Assembly: GCF_006345805.1 (NCBI RefSeq) | Contig: NC_042998.1 | Location: 52,142,001 to 52,206,000 of the forward strand | Source: Octopus sinensis | Taxonomy: Eukaryota | DNA: 64,000 bases | Direction of reading: 5' to 3' | In this document: piece after piece, positions 12,636 to 25,117 of the stretch | Layout: each line of letters starts with the position of its first letter | Numbering within the stretch: the first letter of the stretch is position 1 | Made by a program: the position numbers and the translations under genes | The notes under the pieces: generated by a model | What the model saw: the letters and a program-made list of their open reading frames with translations, nothing else | The model's database searches: none | Told to the model about the DNA's origin: nothing

Positions 12636-13371
12636 CCAGGTGGTATCAAAAAGTTTCTGGACTAGTCATGTTTGATAAAAAAAATGATTTATTTACCTCA
12701 GTTTTAACATCATTGCTTTTGAAATAGTCACCTTGCACAGCAATACACTGGTCCCAGTGTTCCTCTCACTTTTGGAACCCAGTCTGGAAGTTGTTTTCCA
12801 TAAGTGAGTTAAAGACTTCTGCAATCCATTCTGGATCTTGGACAATAGTGTCGACCTCTGAGCTGCATTTTCATTTTGAGGAAGAGATGGAAGTCTGCAA
12901 GTGTGACATCTGGTAAATAGGGTAGGTATGGAAGTGATACCATGTTTTTGGCAAGAAATCTGAGTGAGGGGAGCTTGGTTACATGATGCATTGTTGTTGT
13001 GAAGAATCCAATTCTTTGTGCTCCAAAGATCCAGTCGCTTCTGCCTTTGAAGCATCCATGCCACTTGAAACATTGCATATGACTCATTGCCTTGTCAACA
13101 TAAGCTTGTCAAAGCATGCTCAATGTCTCTGTAGCAGACTTACCAAGTTTAACACAAAATTTCATGTTGGCTCTTTGTTCCTGTCCATGACAAAAATCAC
13201 AGGCTACACCATGCCTGTGACAGCAAAAATACAAATTTCACAACTTGCAAAGGAAACACAGTGATATTATTGAGTACACTGCCTCCTGTAGGTCATTACT
13301 AGCTCTCACTCCACATGCAACTGTGTGCTGCCATCTGTTGACAGATTACAGAACTTTTTGATATCACCTCA
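12636..13371 (-). mobile_element. mariner deletion derivative with decayed transposase C-terminus
   Basis: TIR CCAGGTGGTATCAAAAAGTT after TA, mirrored near 13349-13371; frameshifted WILHNNNAS and PYLPDVTLADFHLF resemble mariner HDNA and YSPDLAPxD motifs. Confidence 0.8.
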
Positions 13372-13744
13372 TGGCTGTTTCATCATGTTGAACCATTAAT
13401 CCCTACACATTTTGTGTCTCTCCCCATTTTCTTCATTCTCTTTCCATTTTTCCTCTCAATCCTTTCTGCTGAAGAGTATAGGCTTGAAACATCAAAGACT
13501 TTTCCATTCTTCCCAAGCATTAAAGATTAATACACCTGCTTGTTGTTCCTTCACCTGTCTTCATCTTTTGTTTTCTATAAATTTGAACTACACACACACA
13601 CACACACACATCGACCCCATCTTGTTTTGTTATGCTTTGGTCCCATTCCCAGCAAGTTTCTTGTCACTGCCTCCAGAGTGGAAGCAATATTATCAATAAT
13701 GGCTTAAATAGCATTTGACCTTCTGGCCAATAGCTGATGAGAAG

Positions 13745-13843
13745 TGAAATATCTTCAGGGCAAAAAGGACATTACAGAATTTACATGAGAATCTGATTCA
13801 CATGTAAATTCCATAATGTCCATTTTGCTCTGAAGATATTTCA
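13745..13843. repeat. Isolated 99-nt imperfect hairpin
   Basis: TGAAATATCTTCAGGGC...GAGAATC / GATTCAC...GCTCTGAAGATATTTCA; about 5 non-Watson-Crick positions, 1-nt apex. Confidence 0.9.
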
Positions 13844-14319
13844 TACAAAAGCTTAAAAAATGCAAAATTATTTTATTATATATATATATGTGTGTAGTTT
13901 GTAATTTGTATTCAGTATATATTGAAACAATTGTAGGCAATGTTAATTAATTAAAAATTAATTTATATCCATATTTCTCCATTTTCTTACTTAATAATAT
14001 TACATACACACACACACACATATGTAAATGCATACGCACACATTCATCTGTTTGTATGTAAATATGTAGACGTGCACAAGAACATACATGTTCATTATTT
14101 GCAGTTGCATAATCTTTAATATTCTTTTCATTACTAAGGTAGTAAGTGGCAGATTTGTTAGCACTCCAGGAAAAATGCTTGTCTTTACATTCTGAGTTCA
14201 AATTCCCCTGAAATTGACTTTGCTTTTCATCCTTCTGGGGTTGATAAAATAGGTAATATTTGGCACTGGGGTCAATATAATCTACCTACTCCCTCCCCTC
14301 AACCTGCTGGCCTTAACTA

Positions 14320-14556
14320 GTAGAACATGTCCCTTAGAGGCTGATGATATGTGCATCTTTGATCATGAGTAGGGTTAGTAAAAGGGAACACCTTAGCCAT
14401 GTGTTGAGAGGGATTCTTTAGGGTTTGAATAATTCACCTCTGGAAACATGGGTGTTTCATTCATCATCCCCAACTGGCCCTTATCAGACTAATAGTCATG
14501 AAGGGTATATTTGTACCCCAGTGTCACTTTGATAGTGTGCACTGCTCTCTCACTCA
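14320..14556 (+). mobile_element. 3' part of the (AAT)n-associated element, internally deleted
   Basis: Ends CCCCAGTGTCACTTTGAT..CTGCTCTCTCACTC followed by about 300 bp of (AAT)n/(GAT)n. Confidence 0.7.
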
Positions 14557-14628
14557 GTAACAATAATAATAATAATGATAATAATGATGATGATGATTAT
14601 GATAATAATAATAATAATAATAATAATA

Positions 14629-14734
<106 letters not shown>

Positions 14735-14770
14735 GTAATAATAATAACAATAATAATAATAATAATAATG

Positions 14771-14804
<34 letters not shown>

Positions 14805-14840
14805 TAATAATAATAGTAATAATAATATTAAATAATAATA

Positions 14841-14880
<40 letters not shown>

Positions 14881-15541
14881 ATAAAAACTGCTGTAACTCT
14901 TCACAAAAGTAAATAGACAACAAGAAAAGCACAATTCATTTTGTAATAGAGATTGTTTATTGACTGGATTGAACAATATTTCAACAAGTAGTCTGTCTTC
15001 TTTGGGTTCAAAATGTAAAATGAAAAAAAACCGCAGAAGTATAAAGACTCAAAATATGAACAAGGAAATCCTGTTTTCCTTTTCAGATAAAATGACATCA
15101 TCAGTTTTCACTTGTATAACTGGTGACAAGGAAAAAGAAATGAGAAAAGAAGAAAAGAAAGAAGGAAAGAAAAAAAACCCAGGAAAAGGAATAGTCAAAC
15201 AGTTTTGTGTAAATATTATGAAATTTGCCTGTTATTCATTCCTCCGGTACGGTACATGATGTTAGTAACTCACAAATATATTTGTTGTAATGTATTTTGA
15301 GGAGTGAAAGTATGATAGAGTCACTCTCTTTTACTCTCTTTTACTTGTTTCAGTCATGTGACTGTGGTCATGCTGGAGCACCACCTTTAGTCGAGCAAAT
15401 CAAACTCAGAGCGTATTCTTTGTAAGCCCAGTACTTATTCTATCGGTCTCTTTTGCCGAACCACTAAGTTACGGGGACGTAAACACACCACTATCGGTTG
15501 TCAAACGATGTTGGTGGCGACAAACACAGACACACAAACAT

Positions 15542-15577
<36 letters not shown>

Positions 15578-16039
15578 GACAAACTTCTTTCAGCTTCTGT
15601 CTACCAAATCCACTCACAAGGCTTTGATCGGCCTGAGGCTATTGTAGAAGACACTTGCCCAAGGTACCACACAGAATATTTTCTGAGAATGTGCCCTTTC
15701 AAGTGTTGCTCAAAATTACAGTCACTTGATGTAAAATTTTCAGCAAGTTCCATCAAACTACTGCTATCGTGCCTGATGTACGTATGCATGTATGTGTGTC
15801 ATTTTTCAGGTTTATTTCAAGATTTCTCGCCAATAGAGAAAGAGCCAGTTTCTTATCTAGATCCAGGGCGTCTTCACTGGAATTTCAAAATCAACAACAA
15901 GGTATTTTTGTATGTATGTATGTATTTATGTATGTATGTTTGTATGTATATGCGCAGAGTTGTATGTTTTGCTTTATGTATGTCTTCTCATGCATATACT
16001 TGCATATGTATGTAGACATGTATGTATGTATGTATGTGT

Positions 16040-16310
16040 GTGATTTATGGAAAGAAATGCTTGAGTCATGCAGGCCTGATCAGCCATCAGAGAACTTAGC
16101 CATCCAAGAATTTGGACCTGGAGATCTCCATTTCCAGCGACTTCGAGGGCCACCTCTTCATGTCAAAAGAATTCATACTGTGGAACCCATTCCATCTGTC
16201 AGACAGTACAAATGTGCATTATGCAATAGAATGTTCAAATCTTTTGCCAGGCTCAAGAGTCACACAAGGGCCTCACACTGCATCATCAATGACTCATTTA
16301 AATGGTTCTT
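16040..16310 (+). pseudogene. LINE-like C-terminal relic with C2H2 zinc finger
   Basis: CALCNRMFKSFARLKSHTRASH embedded in (TATG)n; 52 bp shared with 28276-28327; RTE ORFs often end in such a finger (inference). Confidence 0.45.
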
Positions 16311-16840
16311 TCTAGCAATGGCTTTGCTTGTATACGAGAAAGAAGCTACTATGTATGTATGAATGCATGCATGTATGTATGTATGTATGTATGTATTATA
16401 TGTATCTATGTATGTCTGTCTGTCTGTATGTATATATGGATGGATCGATGGATGGATCGATGGATGGATGAATGGATGTGTGTGCATGTGTGTGTGTGCG
16501 TGTGTGTGTGTGTACATTTCTTTGTGTATATGTTTGTCTACCCCACCACTACTAAGTAGTTGATATTTGTTTTCTTACATCTGCATAATTCAGCAATTTG
16601 ACAAAAGAGACTGTTAGAATAAACACCAGACCTTTAAAATAAGTACTGAGACCAATTTGTTTGACTAAACCCTTTACGTTGGTGCCCCAGTATGGCCACA
16701 GTCTGATGACTGAATTAAGTAAAAGATATCTTCCCAATACACTGCCTCCCTCCACCCATGTTCACTTACTGCATTCCCCTTCCCTCCATTTCCCACTCAC
16801 CTTTATATGTACATATTTATGTATACATATACTTACATAT

Positions 16841-17598
16841 CATCATCATCGTTTAACGTCTGCTTTCTATGCTAGCATGGGTTGGACGATTTTGACTGAG
16901 GGCTGGCGAACCAGATGGCTGCACCAGGCTCCAATCTTGATTTGGCAGAGTTTCTATAGCTGGATGCCCTTCCTAATGCCAACCACTCTGTGAGTGTAGT
17001 GGGTGTTTTTTATGTGCCACAGGCACGGGGGCCAGTCAGGCGGTACTGACAATGACCTCGCTCGAATCTTTTTACACATGCCACCAGCACAGGTGCAAGT
17101 AAGGCGACATTGGTAACGATCACGCTCGAATGGTGCCCTTTTACGTGCCACTGGCATGGAAGCCTGTTGGCTGCTCTGGCAACGATCATGCTCGGATGGT
17201 GCTCTTGGCACCCTACTAGCACGGGCACAAGTGCCAGTAAGGTGATGCTGGTAATGATCACACTCGAATGGTGCCTTTTATGTGCCACTGGCATGGAAAC
17301 CGGTTAGCTGCTTTGTCAACGATCACGCTCGTATGGTGCTCTTTGCACCCCACTAGTACGGATGCTAGTCATTGAATGTGATTTTGATTTTGATTTCACT
17401 TGCCGCAACAGGTCTTTGCAAGCAAATTTTAGTGTCCAAGGAAGGAAAAGGTATGCATAAGCGGGCTGGTTATACTCCTGGCATGGGCCACAGGTTATGG
17501 TCTCATTTGGTTTGCCAGGTCTTTGCAAGCACAGCATATTTCCAAAAGTCTTAGTCGTTAGTCATTTCCTCGCTGAGGCCTAATGTTCAAAGGTCATG
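16841..17598 (-). mobile_element. RTE LINE 3' end including ORF terminus and 62-bp-type repeats
   Basis: Minus strand starts with a decayed frame resembling the RTE C-terminus (TLGLSEEMT...FWKYAVLAKT), then UTR units and a (GAT)n tail. Confidence 0.75.
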
Positions 17599-17599
17599 C

Positions 17600-17945
17600 T
17601 TGGCTCAGTGGTTAGTGCATCAGGGCTCACAATCATATGGTGGGGAGTTCGATTTCTGGACCAGGCTGTGTTGTGTTCTTGAGCAAGACACTTTATTTCA
17701 TGTTGCTCCAGTTCACTCAGCTGTAGAAATGAGTTGTGACATCACTGGTGCCAAGCTGTATCAGCATTTACCTTTCTCTTAGATAACATTGATGGCATGA
17801 AGAAGGGTGGCTGGTATGCATGGGTAACTGCTGGTCTTCCTTAAACAACCTACCTTGCCTGGACTTCTGCCTTGGTGGGGAACTTTCTAGATGCAATCCC
17901 ATGGTCATTCATGACTGAAGGTGGCTTTTTACTATTTACCTTTTA
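17600..17945 (+). mobile_element. CORE-type tRNA SINE (family C)
   Basis: A box TGGCTCAGTGG, B-box-like GAGTTCGATTTC, CORE-like TTGTGTTCTTGAGCAAGACACTTT. Confidence 0.8.
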
Positions 17946-18639
17946 CTCACTGTAAAATGGTTCTGTTAGGAAGTACATCTGACTGCAAACTCCATGTCAA
18001 AGCAGACAGCAGAGTCTTGTCCAGTCCTCTGACTTGCCAGCTCCTGACAACCTGTCCAACCCATGCCAGCATGAAAAGCAGGTAATGGCGATAATGATGA
18101 TGATATATTTGTTTCAGATTTTAACACCAGGTTAGCAATTTTGGCGAAGTCAGTTACATCGACCCCCAGTATTCAACTGGTACTTATTTTATCAAATCTG
18201 AAAGCATGACAGACAAAGTTGACCCTAACTGCATTTGAACTCAGAACTTAAAGACAAACCAAATGCCACTAAGCATTTTGTTTGATGGGCTAATGTTTCT
18301 GCCAGCTCACATTCCTTAAGATGGTGATGATATATTAGCAAAAAGAAATTCTCTGGAAGCATTTATATGAATTCTTAGCAAACATTTATTAATAGAAATT
18401 CCTACTTCCACTAGATATACTCAGTTAATATTATAACAGAATATCAACTTTCAAGGAGAGTTGAAAGATACATTAAGCTGGTTTAAAATGATTGCTTTCA
18501 CATTACAGAATATAACTGCAGCATAAAACCATGTAGACAAGTGCAGAAAACATGTTGACAAACAGGAAACTTCAAAATAGAAAGCACACACCGTTTTTCC
18601 TTATACACTTAATGCCTCTGTGGTAATAAGTACTCTTAC

Positions 18640-18678
18640 TGTTCAATAGAACTGTTGAGTCACTTGAGAGAAAATGAT
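18640..18678 (-). CDS. Candidate internal exon (HFLSSDSTVLLN)
   Basis: Strong ATCTTTCTTCAG acceptor, ACA|GTAAGA donor, 39 nt, phase 1/1, other frames closed. Confidence 0.35.
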
Positions 18679-19434
18679 CTGAAGAAAGATAATTTCTGTT
18701 ATATTGCCACTTCGTGGCTTGTGATACTGAGATGATAGAAGGAGAGGCATAACGATGTGGTGATGGTGTGACCATGAGAAGTATGAACCATTGAGGAATA
18801 ACTTGCGTTTCAAGTTGGATATATTGTGTATTTTGAAATTGTATACATCAATAAATAGAATCTCTCTCTTTCTCTCTCTCTCTTGCCACACATACTTTTT
18901 CTCTCTCACATGCAGCCCCCACCAATTTCAATCCATCCATTTGATAGTCACTCTAGAGTTCCCGCAACAACTGGTCAATGTATGTGTGTGTGTGGGTGTG
19001 TCTGTGTTTTTCCCCACCCCACTACTTGACAATCAGTGTTAGTTTGTTTATATCCCTGTAATTTAGTAGTGTGATGTAACAATGATCAATAGAATAAGTA
19101 CCAGGCTTAAAAATAAGTATCAAGGTTGATTTGTTTGCCTGAACCCTTAAAGGAGGTCCAATTACTAAAGTCAAGTGAAAAAGGAGTATGAAGATACAAT
19201 CTACAATGCCAAAATCTGATCCCAAACAAAATATCAAAATTCAAATACAAGACTGTAATACTAGAAGCATGTTACATGGTATGCAAGTTTTGAGGTTGTC
19301 TTAACTTTAGTGTGTAAGGTTTTGGGAGTTTTTATACCATAGAGTAAAAATTTTTGGGTGAATGCTTCCCTTCTTTCTCTCATGCTAGGTTTGTTTTTAT
19401 CACAATTTCAAAAATTCATCAAGCATAGACTTAC

Positions 19435-19463
19435 CAGGGAATTGGTAAGGCCATGGACATATT
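19435..19463 (-). CDS. Candidate exon (ICPWPYQFP); acceptor ambiguous
   Basis: Consensus donor CTG|GTAAGT; possible acceptors at 19464, 19478 or 19503 (the last gives DGVGGPDSVYSLEYVHGLTNSL). Confidence 0.3.
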
Positions 19464-19553
19464 CTAGAGAGTATACACTATCTGGTCCGCCAACACCATC
19501 AGCTTATGCAAAAAGATCTTGCTCTTTAGTAGCATAGTTCTACCAACAGTAAA

Positions 19554-19849
19554 AGGACTTGGCTTAGTGGTTAGAGTATTTGGCTCATGATCGTGAGGCC
19601 ATGAGTTCAATTCACAGTGGTGGTTGTGTCCTCTTTATTTCATGTCACTCCAGTCCACTCAGCTGGCAAAAATGAGTTGTATCTATATTTCAAAGGACCA
19701 GTCTTGTAATATTCTCTGTCATGCTGAATCTCCCTGAGAATTACATTTGGGGTACATGTGCTCAAACACTTGCTCATTGATTTCATGAGCAGGCTATTCC
19801 ATTGATCAAATCAACAGGAACCCTTGTCCTTATAACAGACAGAGTGCCA
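19554..19849 (+). mobile_element. CORE-type SINE with distinct tail (family C2)
   Basis: tRNA head GGCTTAGTGG..GAGTTCAATTC; tail GAGCAGGCT(G/A)TTCCATTGATC..GAGTGCC; second copy at 24798-25117. Confidence 0.75.
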
Positions 19850-19859
19850 GTTCTACTGA

Positions 19860-20125
19860 CAGCTTTTTATGCTAGTGAGATATGGAGGAGCTCTGAAAAT
19901 TATCAGAAAGCTGTTAATGTGTTCCACCAAAGATGGTTGTGAAGGATTCTAGAAATGTCCTGGCAAGACCACATAACCAATGAAGACATTCTAAAGAGAG
20001 CCAACACAAGACCACTTAACAAAATCATCACTGAACAAAGATTAAAATTAGTTGGTCACATACTCTGAACAACGTCTTCCTAAAACAGCTTTAAAATGGA
20101 CGCCATCAGAGGGTAAAAAGAAAGA
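19860..20125 (+). pseudogene. RTE ORF relic (post-RT region)
   Basis: LFYASEIW..FHQRWL*RILEMSWQDHITNEDILKRA..RLKLVGHIL..LKWTPSEGKK matches the RTE-clade C-terminal pattern. Confidence 0.8.
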
Positions 20126-20150
20126 TAAATGTATATGCATATATTTTTTA

Positions 20151-20457
20151 TTTATGCACCCTTTTCAAGCCTAGCCAAGCTCATGGGCCCGGTTTCCCAG
20201 TTTCTGTGGCGTATGAGTTCCCCCCAGCTGGACAGGACACCAGACCATTGCAGCGTTACTCAAGAAACAGGAAGAAAGAGTGAGAAATTTAGGGTGAAAG
20301 AGTACAACAGGGGTCGGTACCAACCCCTGCCAAAGCCTCGTGGAGCTTTAGGTGTTTTCACTCAATAAACACACACAACGACTGGTCTGGGAATCAAAAC
20401 CATGATCTTCTGACCACGAGTCTGCTGCCCTTAACCACTGGGCCATTGCACCTCCAC
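20151..20457 (-). mobile_element. tRNA SINE with V-domain-like core (family D)
   Basis: Head GTGGAGGTGCAATGGCCCAGTGGTTAAG; CTGCAATGGTCTGGTGTCCTGTCCAG resembles the V-SINE domain; plus-strand copy at 22881-23170. Confidence 0.7.
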
Positions 20458-20467
20458 ATGTGTGTGT

Positions 20468-20604
<137 letters not shown>

Positions 20605-20946
20605 TCATCATCATCATCATCATCATTATTGCTTAACATCCACTTTCCATGCTAGCATGGGTTAGACGATTTTGACTGAGGACTGGCAAACCAGATGGCT
20701 GCATCAGGCTCCAATATTAATCTGGCAGTGTTTCTACAGCTGGATGTACTTCCTAACGCCAACCACTCTGTGAGTGTAAGCGGGTGCTTTTATGTGCCAC
20801 TTTTTGAGATCTAGTTATAAGTTATATGTTTTATAAAAATATATATTATTTGTTATTTATGTTTTGGTTTATGTCTATCACTGTTTGAGTTGCATAATAG
20901 TGGTTTTATCTTTAATTTATATATATATATATATATATATATAAAT

Positions 20947-21131
20947 TTAGAGGATTGACCACTAAAAGTGGACAGCCTGTATGCTAGATAAAGACGTCAA
21001 AATCGCTATTTTCCACGCCATTTGGTTTTGTGCTGAATTTTTTCTTGAGAACACATTCTCCGTGGAAAATGGCGATTTTGACGTCTATATCTAGCATACA
21101 GGCTGTCCAATTTTAGTGGTCAATCCTCTAA
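20947..21131. repeat. Foldback, 71-bp arms
   Basis: 20947-21017 / 21061-21131 inverted with about 3 mismatches, 43-nt loop, follows (TA)n. Confidence 0.9.
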
Positions 21132-21224
21132 CTTTTGTATGTAAAAAAAAGTTTTAATCTTTGGATTTTTTTAAATATGCTAGGCCACTGGCTTTAATTG
21201 ATTAATATCAATTTCTACCCTTAT

Positions 21225-21255
<31 letters not shown>

Positions 21256-21368
21256 ATTCTTCAGTCTTTGCTGTAGCGAGTATATTATATGTGGAAATTG
21301 ACGATTTAATAATCTGTTATCAGCATATTGGCTTTAAAATAATTTTATTTAGCCCTTACTTATAAGTT

Positions 21369-21409
<41 letters not shown>

Positions 21410-22089
21410 TGGCTGTGTGGTAAGTAGCTTGCTTACCAACCACATGGTTCCGGGTTCAGTCCCACTGCAAGCCACCTTGCATGTTAATTTCATGAGCAGG
21501 CTGTTCCATTGATCAGATCAACTGGAACTGTTATCGTCATAACCGATGGAGTGCCTAATGTACATATGTATGTATATATATATATATATATATATACACC
21601 CACCCACACACACACGCACATGCACACACACACACACACACATACACACACACATACACATACACATGCACATATATGAGTGTGTTTTCTATAAAGTGTC
21701 ATGGAAAATTATTTTTATTCTACTCTATGGTATTCTCCATTTAGGTATTAATTGCACAAGTTTGTATCTATGGAGATTTGGCATGGTCTTAGAGCAGGCA
21801 TTTGTTACAACCATCTCACCAATTCTGTACTTCCTCATGCAATAAAAGTGATATTTTTACCAGATTTATTATTATTATTTTTTTTTTTACAAAGTGAAAG
21901 GATTGGTGCTGTTACCACGACATCTGAAGGTTCTCTGAGACTAATGAAATTGATACAATTAATGTTTAGTTAAATATCTCAATGTTGTCTGACATCTGCA
22001 GGAAAAAACGTGATTAGGAAAAGAATTCCAGAGGGTTGATTTCTGAAGAGAAAATATTGCATAGAGAGTTTGTGAGATGCTTCAGTAGG

Positions 22090-22166
<77 letters not shown>

Positions 22167-22880
22167 GGACAGACAGACAGGAATGGGAGAGCAAAACACA
22201 CAGACAAAGACAAAGAAGAAAGAAAAAAATAGGAGTGGCAAGAAAAGGGGAAATAGCAATTTTGGGTGTACAAGGGTAGAAGTGACATTGTTGGTATGCA
22301 AGTCTCTAGTTCTGAGAACAGACTGTTCTAGTAGCCGAATGATAATAATAATAATAATAATAATAATAATTATAATAATTATAATAATAATAATAATAAT
22401 GCCCTGAAGCAGTACCAGGCAGTGGCTCCCCTAAAATTGCTGGCCTTGTGCCAAAATTTGAAATCAATATCTAGTTTAGAAAGGCAGATGACAAGGGAAT
22501 CTAAAGGGAATAAAATCAACATATAAATATATTCAGACACATTGTCTTTGAAGGTAAAGTTGCAACACAAAATGTAGCTTGGACAGCAGAGATGGTTGAG
22601 AGAAAGAAGAGTGATTTGTGTCTCATATAGAAATAAGATCTATGCTCTGTATTGTTGTTTAGTCTTACTTAAAAAGACTAACATTGGTTGTCAAGCAATG
22701 ATGGGGAGAAGCACAAAAACACACACACATGCACATATACATATATATCTACTATACTCTTGGAGTGGTTGGCATTATGAAGGGCATCCAGCTGTAGAAA
22801 CTATACCAAATCAGATTGTAACCTGGTGCAGCTCCCAGCGTACCAGTTTTCAGTCAAACCAGCTAACTCATGCCAACATG

Positions 22881-23170
22881 GTGGAGGCACATGGCCTAGT
22901 GGTTAGAGCAGCGGACTCACGGTCGAAGGATTGCAGGTTCAAATCTCAGACCGGGCGATGTGTGTGTTTATGAGTGGAACACTCATGTGTGTTTATGAGC
23001 AGAAGGTAATGGTGAACTTCTGCTGACTCTTTTGCCACAACTTTCTCTCACTCTTTCCTCCTGCATCTTGCAACTCACCTGTGACAGACCGGCATCCCAT
23101 CCAGGTGGAAAACCTATAAGCCTAGGAAACCGGAAAACCGACTCTTATGAGCCAGGCATGGCTTGAGAAG
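22881..23170 (+). mobile_element. SINE family D
   Basis: A box TGGCCTAGTGG, B box GGTTCAAATC, V-like CTGTGACAGACCGGCATCCCATCCAGG. Confidence 0.7.
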
Positions 23171-24797
23171 GAGCACCAACATGGAAAACGTATGTTAAAT
23201 GATGATAGTTTCTGTCAACCTTGTTCACTCACAAGGCTTTGGTCAGCCAAAGCTGAGGATATGTGCCCAAGGTACCATGCAGTGGGATTGAACCTGAAAC
23301 CACGTAGTTGCAAAGTGAGCTTCTTAACCAACAACTATGCTTGTGCCTTGCATTTTTGCTCTCTTATTGTCAACTATATTGAAGTTATATTTCAAAGAAT
23401 TCCTTCAATCAATCATTCCCTACAGACAAACGAAACCAAAAAGTTTGTACAATTTGTAAAATATAAAAAAAAATCTCTCCGAAATCACAGTTTTGTTGTG
23501 AAAAAGAAAAAAATTAAAAGATGATATGGTGCCACAGAAATGAATGAATATAACTGAATTAAACACAAAGTACAAATAGGAAAAAAAAAAAAAACACCCC
23601 AAATCCCCATAAGACCAAAAGTCTATGCCTAAAGTAAGAAGTTATGAATCATGAGAATACCATAAATCATACAATGTATATTTTCGCAATTTATGCACAT
23701 TTCTAACTTGTAATTTAAGAAAAGTATAACACTGAACCCTGGATATTTATATGATTAATTTCAAATATGCTGCAGAAGGATTTTTTAGATGTTGTTAGTG
23801 AGAACTTTAGGGAAAGGAAATGCCAGCTGTCCAAGAATTGGGATTGAGGAGTAAAGCATTAATCATCATCATTGAACATCCATTTTTCCTTGCTTGCATA
23901 AGTCAGATGGAATTTGTTGAAGCAGATTTTTTTCCAGCCAGAAGCCTTTTCTGAAACTGATTCTTATCTGTTTCTAAATAAGGTAATATTTCCCTATTGT
24001 AAGGTAGTAAGCTGGAAAAATGCAAGCTGAGCAAACTGATAATGACATTTCATCTGTCTTTACTTTCTGAGTTTAAATTCTGCTGAGATTAACTTTTGCC
24101 TTTCATCCTTTCATAGTCAACGAAATTAGTAGCAGTTGAACACTGGAGCCAATGTAATTGACTTATTCCCTCTTCGAAATTGCTGGCCTTGTGCCAAAAT
24201 TTAAAATCAATATTTTCCTATTGTAAAGCAGTGAGCTGGCAGAATTGTTAGCACACCAGGCAAAATGCTAAGTGAAATTTTGACCGTCTTTACATTCTGA
24301 GTTCAAATTCTGCTGAGGTCAGCTTTTTCTTTCATCCTTTTAGGATCGATAAAATAAGTACCAGCTGAGCTGCTAGGGTATGGAGGTGTAAACAAACTAA
24401 TGACAATTGTCAAGTGATGGTGATGGAGGGAGTACAAACATAGACACACACACACGTGCACACATACACACACATACACAGACACACACACACACACACA
24501 TGTATATGATGGGTGTGGTCTTCCACACAGTTACCAACAACCCAATTGACTCAAAAGGTCAATTGTGTTGTTAGCCCCAGAAGTCACATGTCCTAGGTGA
24601 CATAAGTGGGATTGAGCCTGAAACCATGTGATCACAAAATGAGCCTTGCCTTCACTTATCTCATGTCTGCGCCTATATTAAAATCATTCTTAAATATAAT
24701 CAATTCCAGCCATTAAAGGTTAGAAGAGAGATGGCAAAAATTGAGTGTAGGAGTAACTGTCTTTCAATTTTTAATTAGAATTCCTCTGTTACAAATT

Positions 24798-25117
24798 GTG
24801 AAGGCATGTAGCTTAGAGGTTAGAGCATTTGGCTCACGATTGTAAGGTCATAAGTTCAATTCCCAGCAGTGCATTGTATCCTTGAGCAGGACACTTTATT
24901 TCACTTTGCTCCAGTCCACTCAACTGGCAAAAATGAGTACTACCTATATTTCAAAGGGCCAGGCTTGTCAGAATATGTGTAACGCTGAATCTCCCTGAGA
25001 ATGTTTAGGGCATGCATGTCTGTGGAGTGCTCAGTCACTTGCATGTTAATTTCACAAGCAGGCTGTTCCATTGATTGGATCAACTGGAACCCTCATCATT
25101 GTAACTGATGGAGTGCC
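24798..25117 (+). mobile_element. SINE family C2
   Basis: Matches 19554-19849. Confidence 0.75.

Noticed and set aside
13728-13760. CTGATGA-GAAGT-GAAA motif
   Set aside because: No stem I or stem III pairing; it overlaps the start of the 13745 hairpin.
16200-16280. Host C2H2 zinc-finger gene
   Set aside because: Single finger, no TGEKP linkers, no splice sites, embedded in microsatellite and sharing sequence with a dispersed repeat.
21890-22010. Minus-strand exon after a strong TTTTTTCCTGCAG acceptor
   Set aside because: All three frames stop within 13 codons; it could only be a terminal or non-coding exon and has no support.
22881-22955. tRNA genes at SINE heads
   Set aside because: A and B boxes are present, but there is no complete cloverleaf and each continues into a SINE body.
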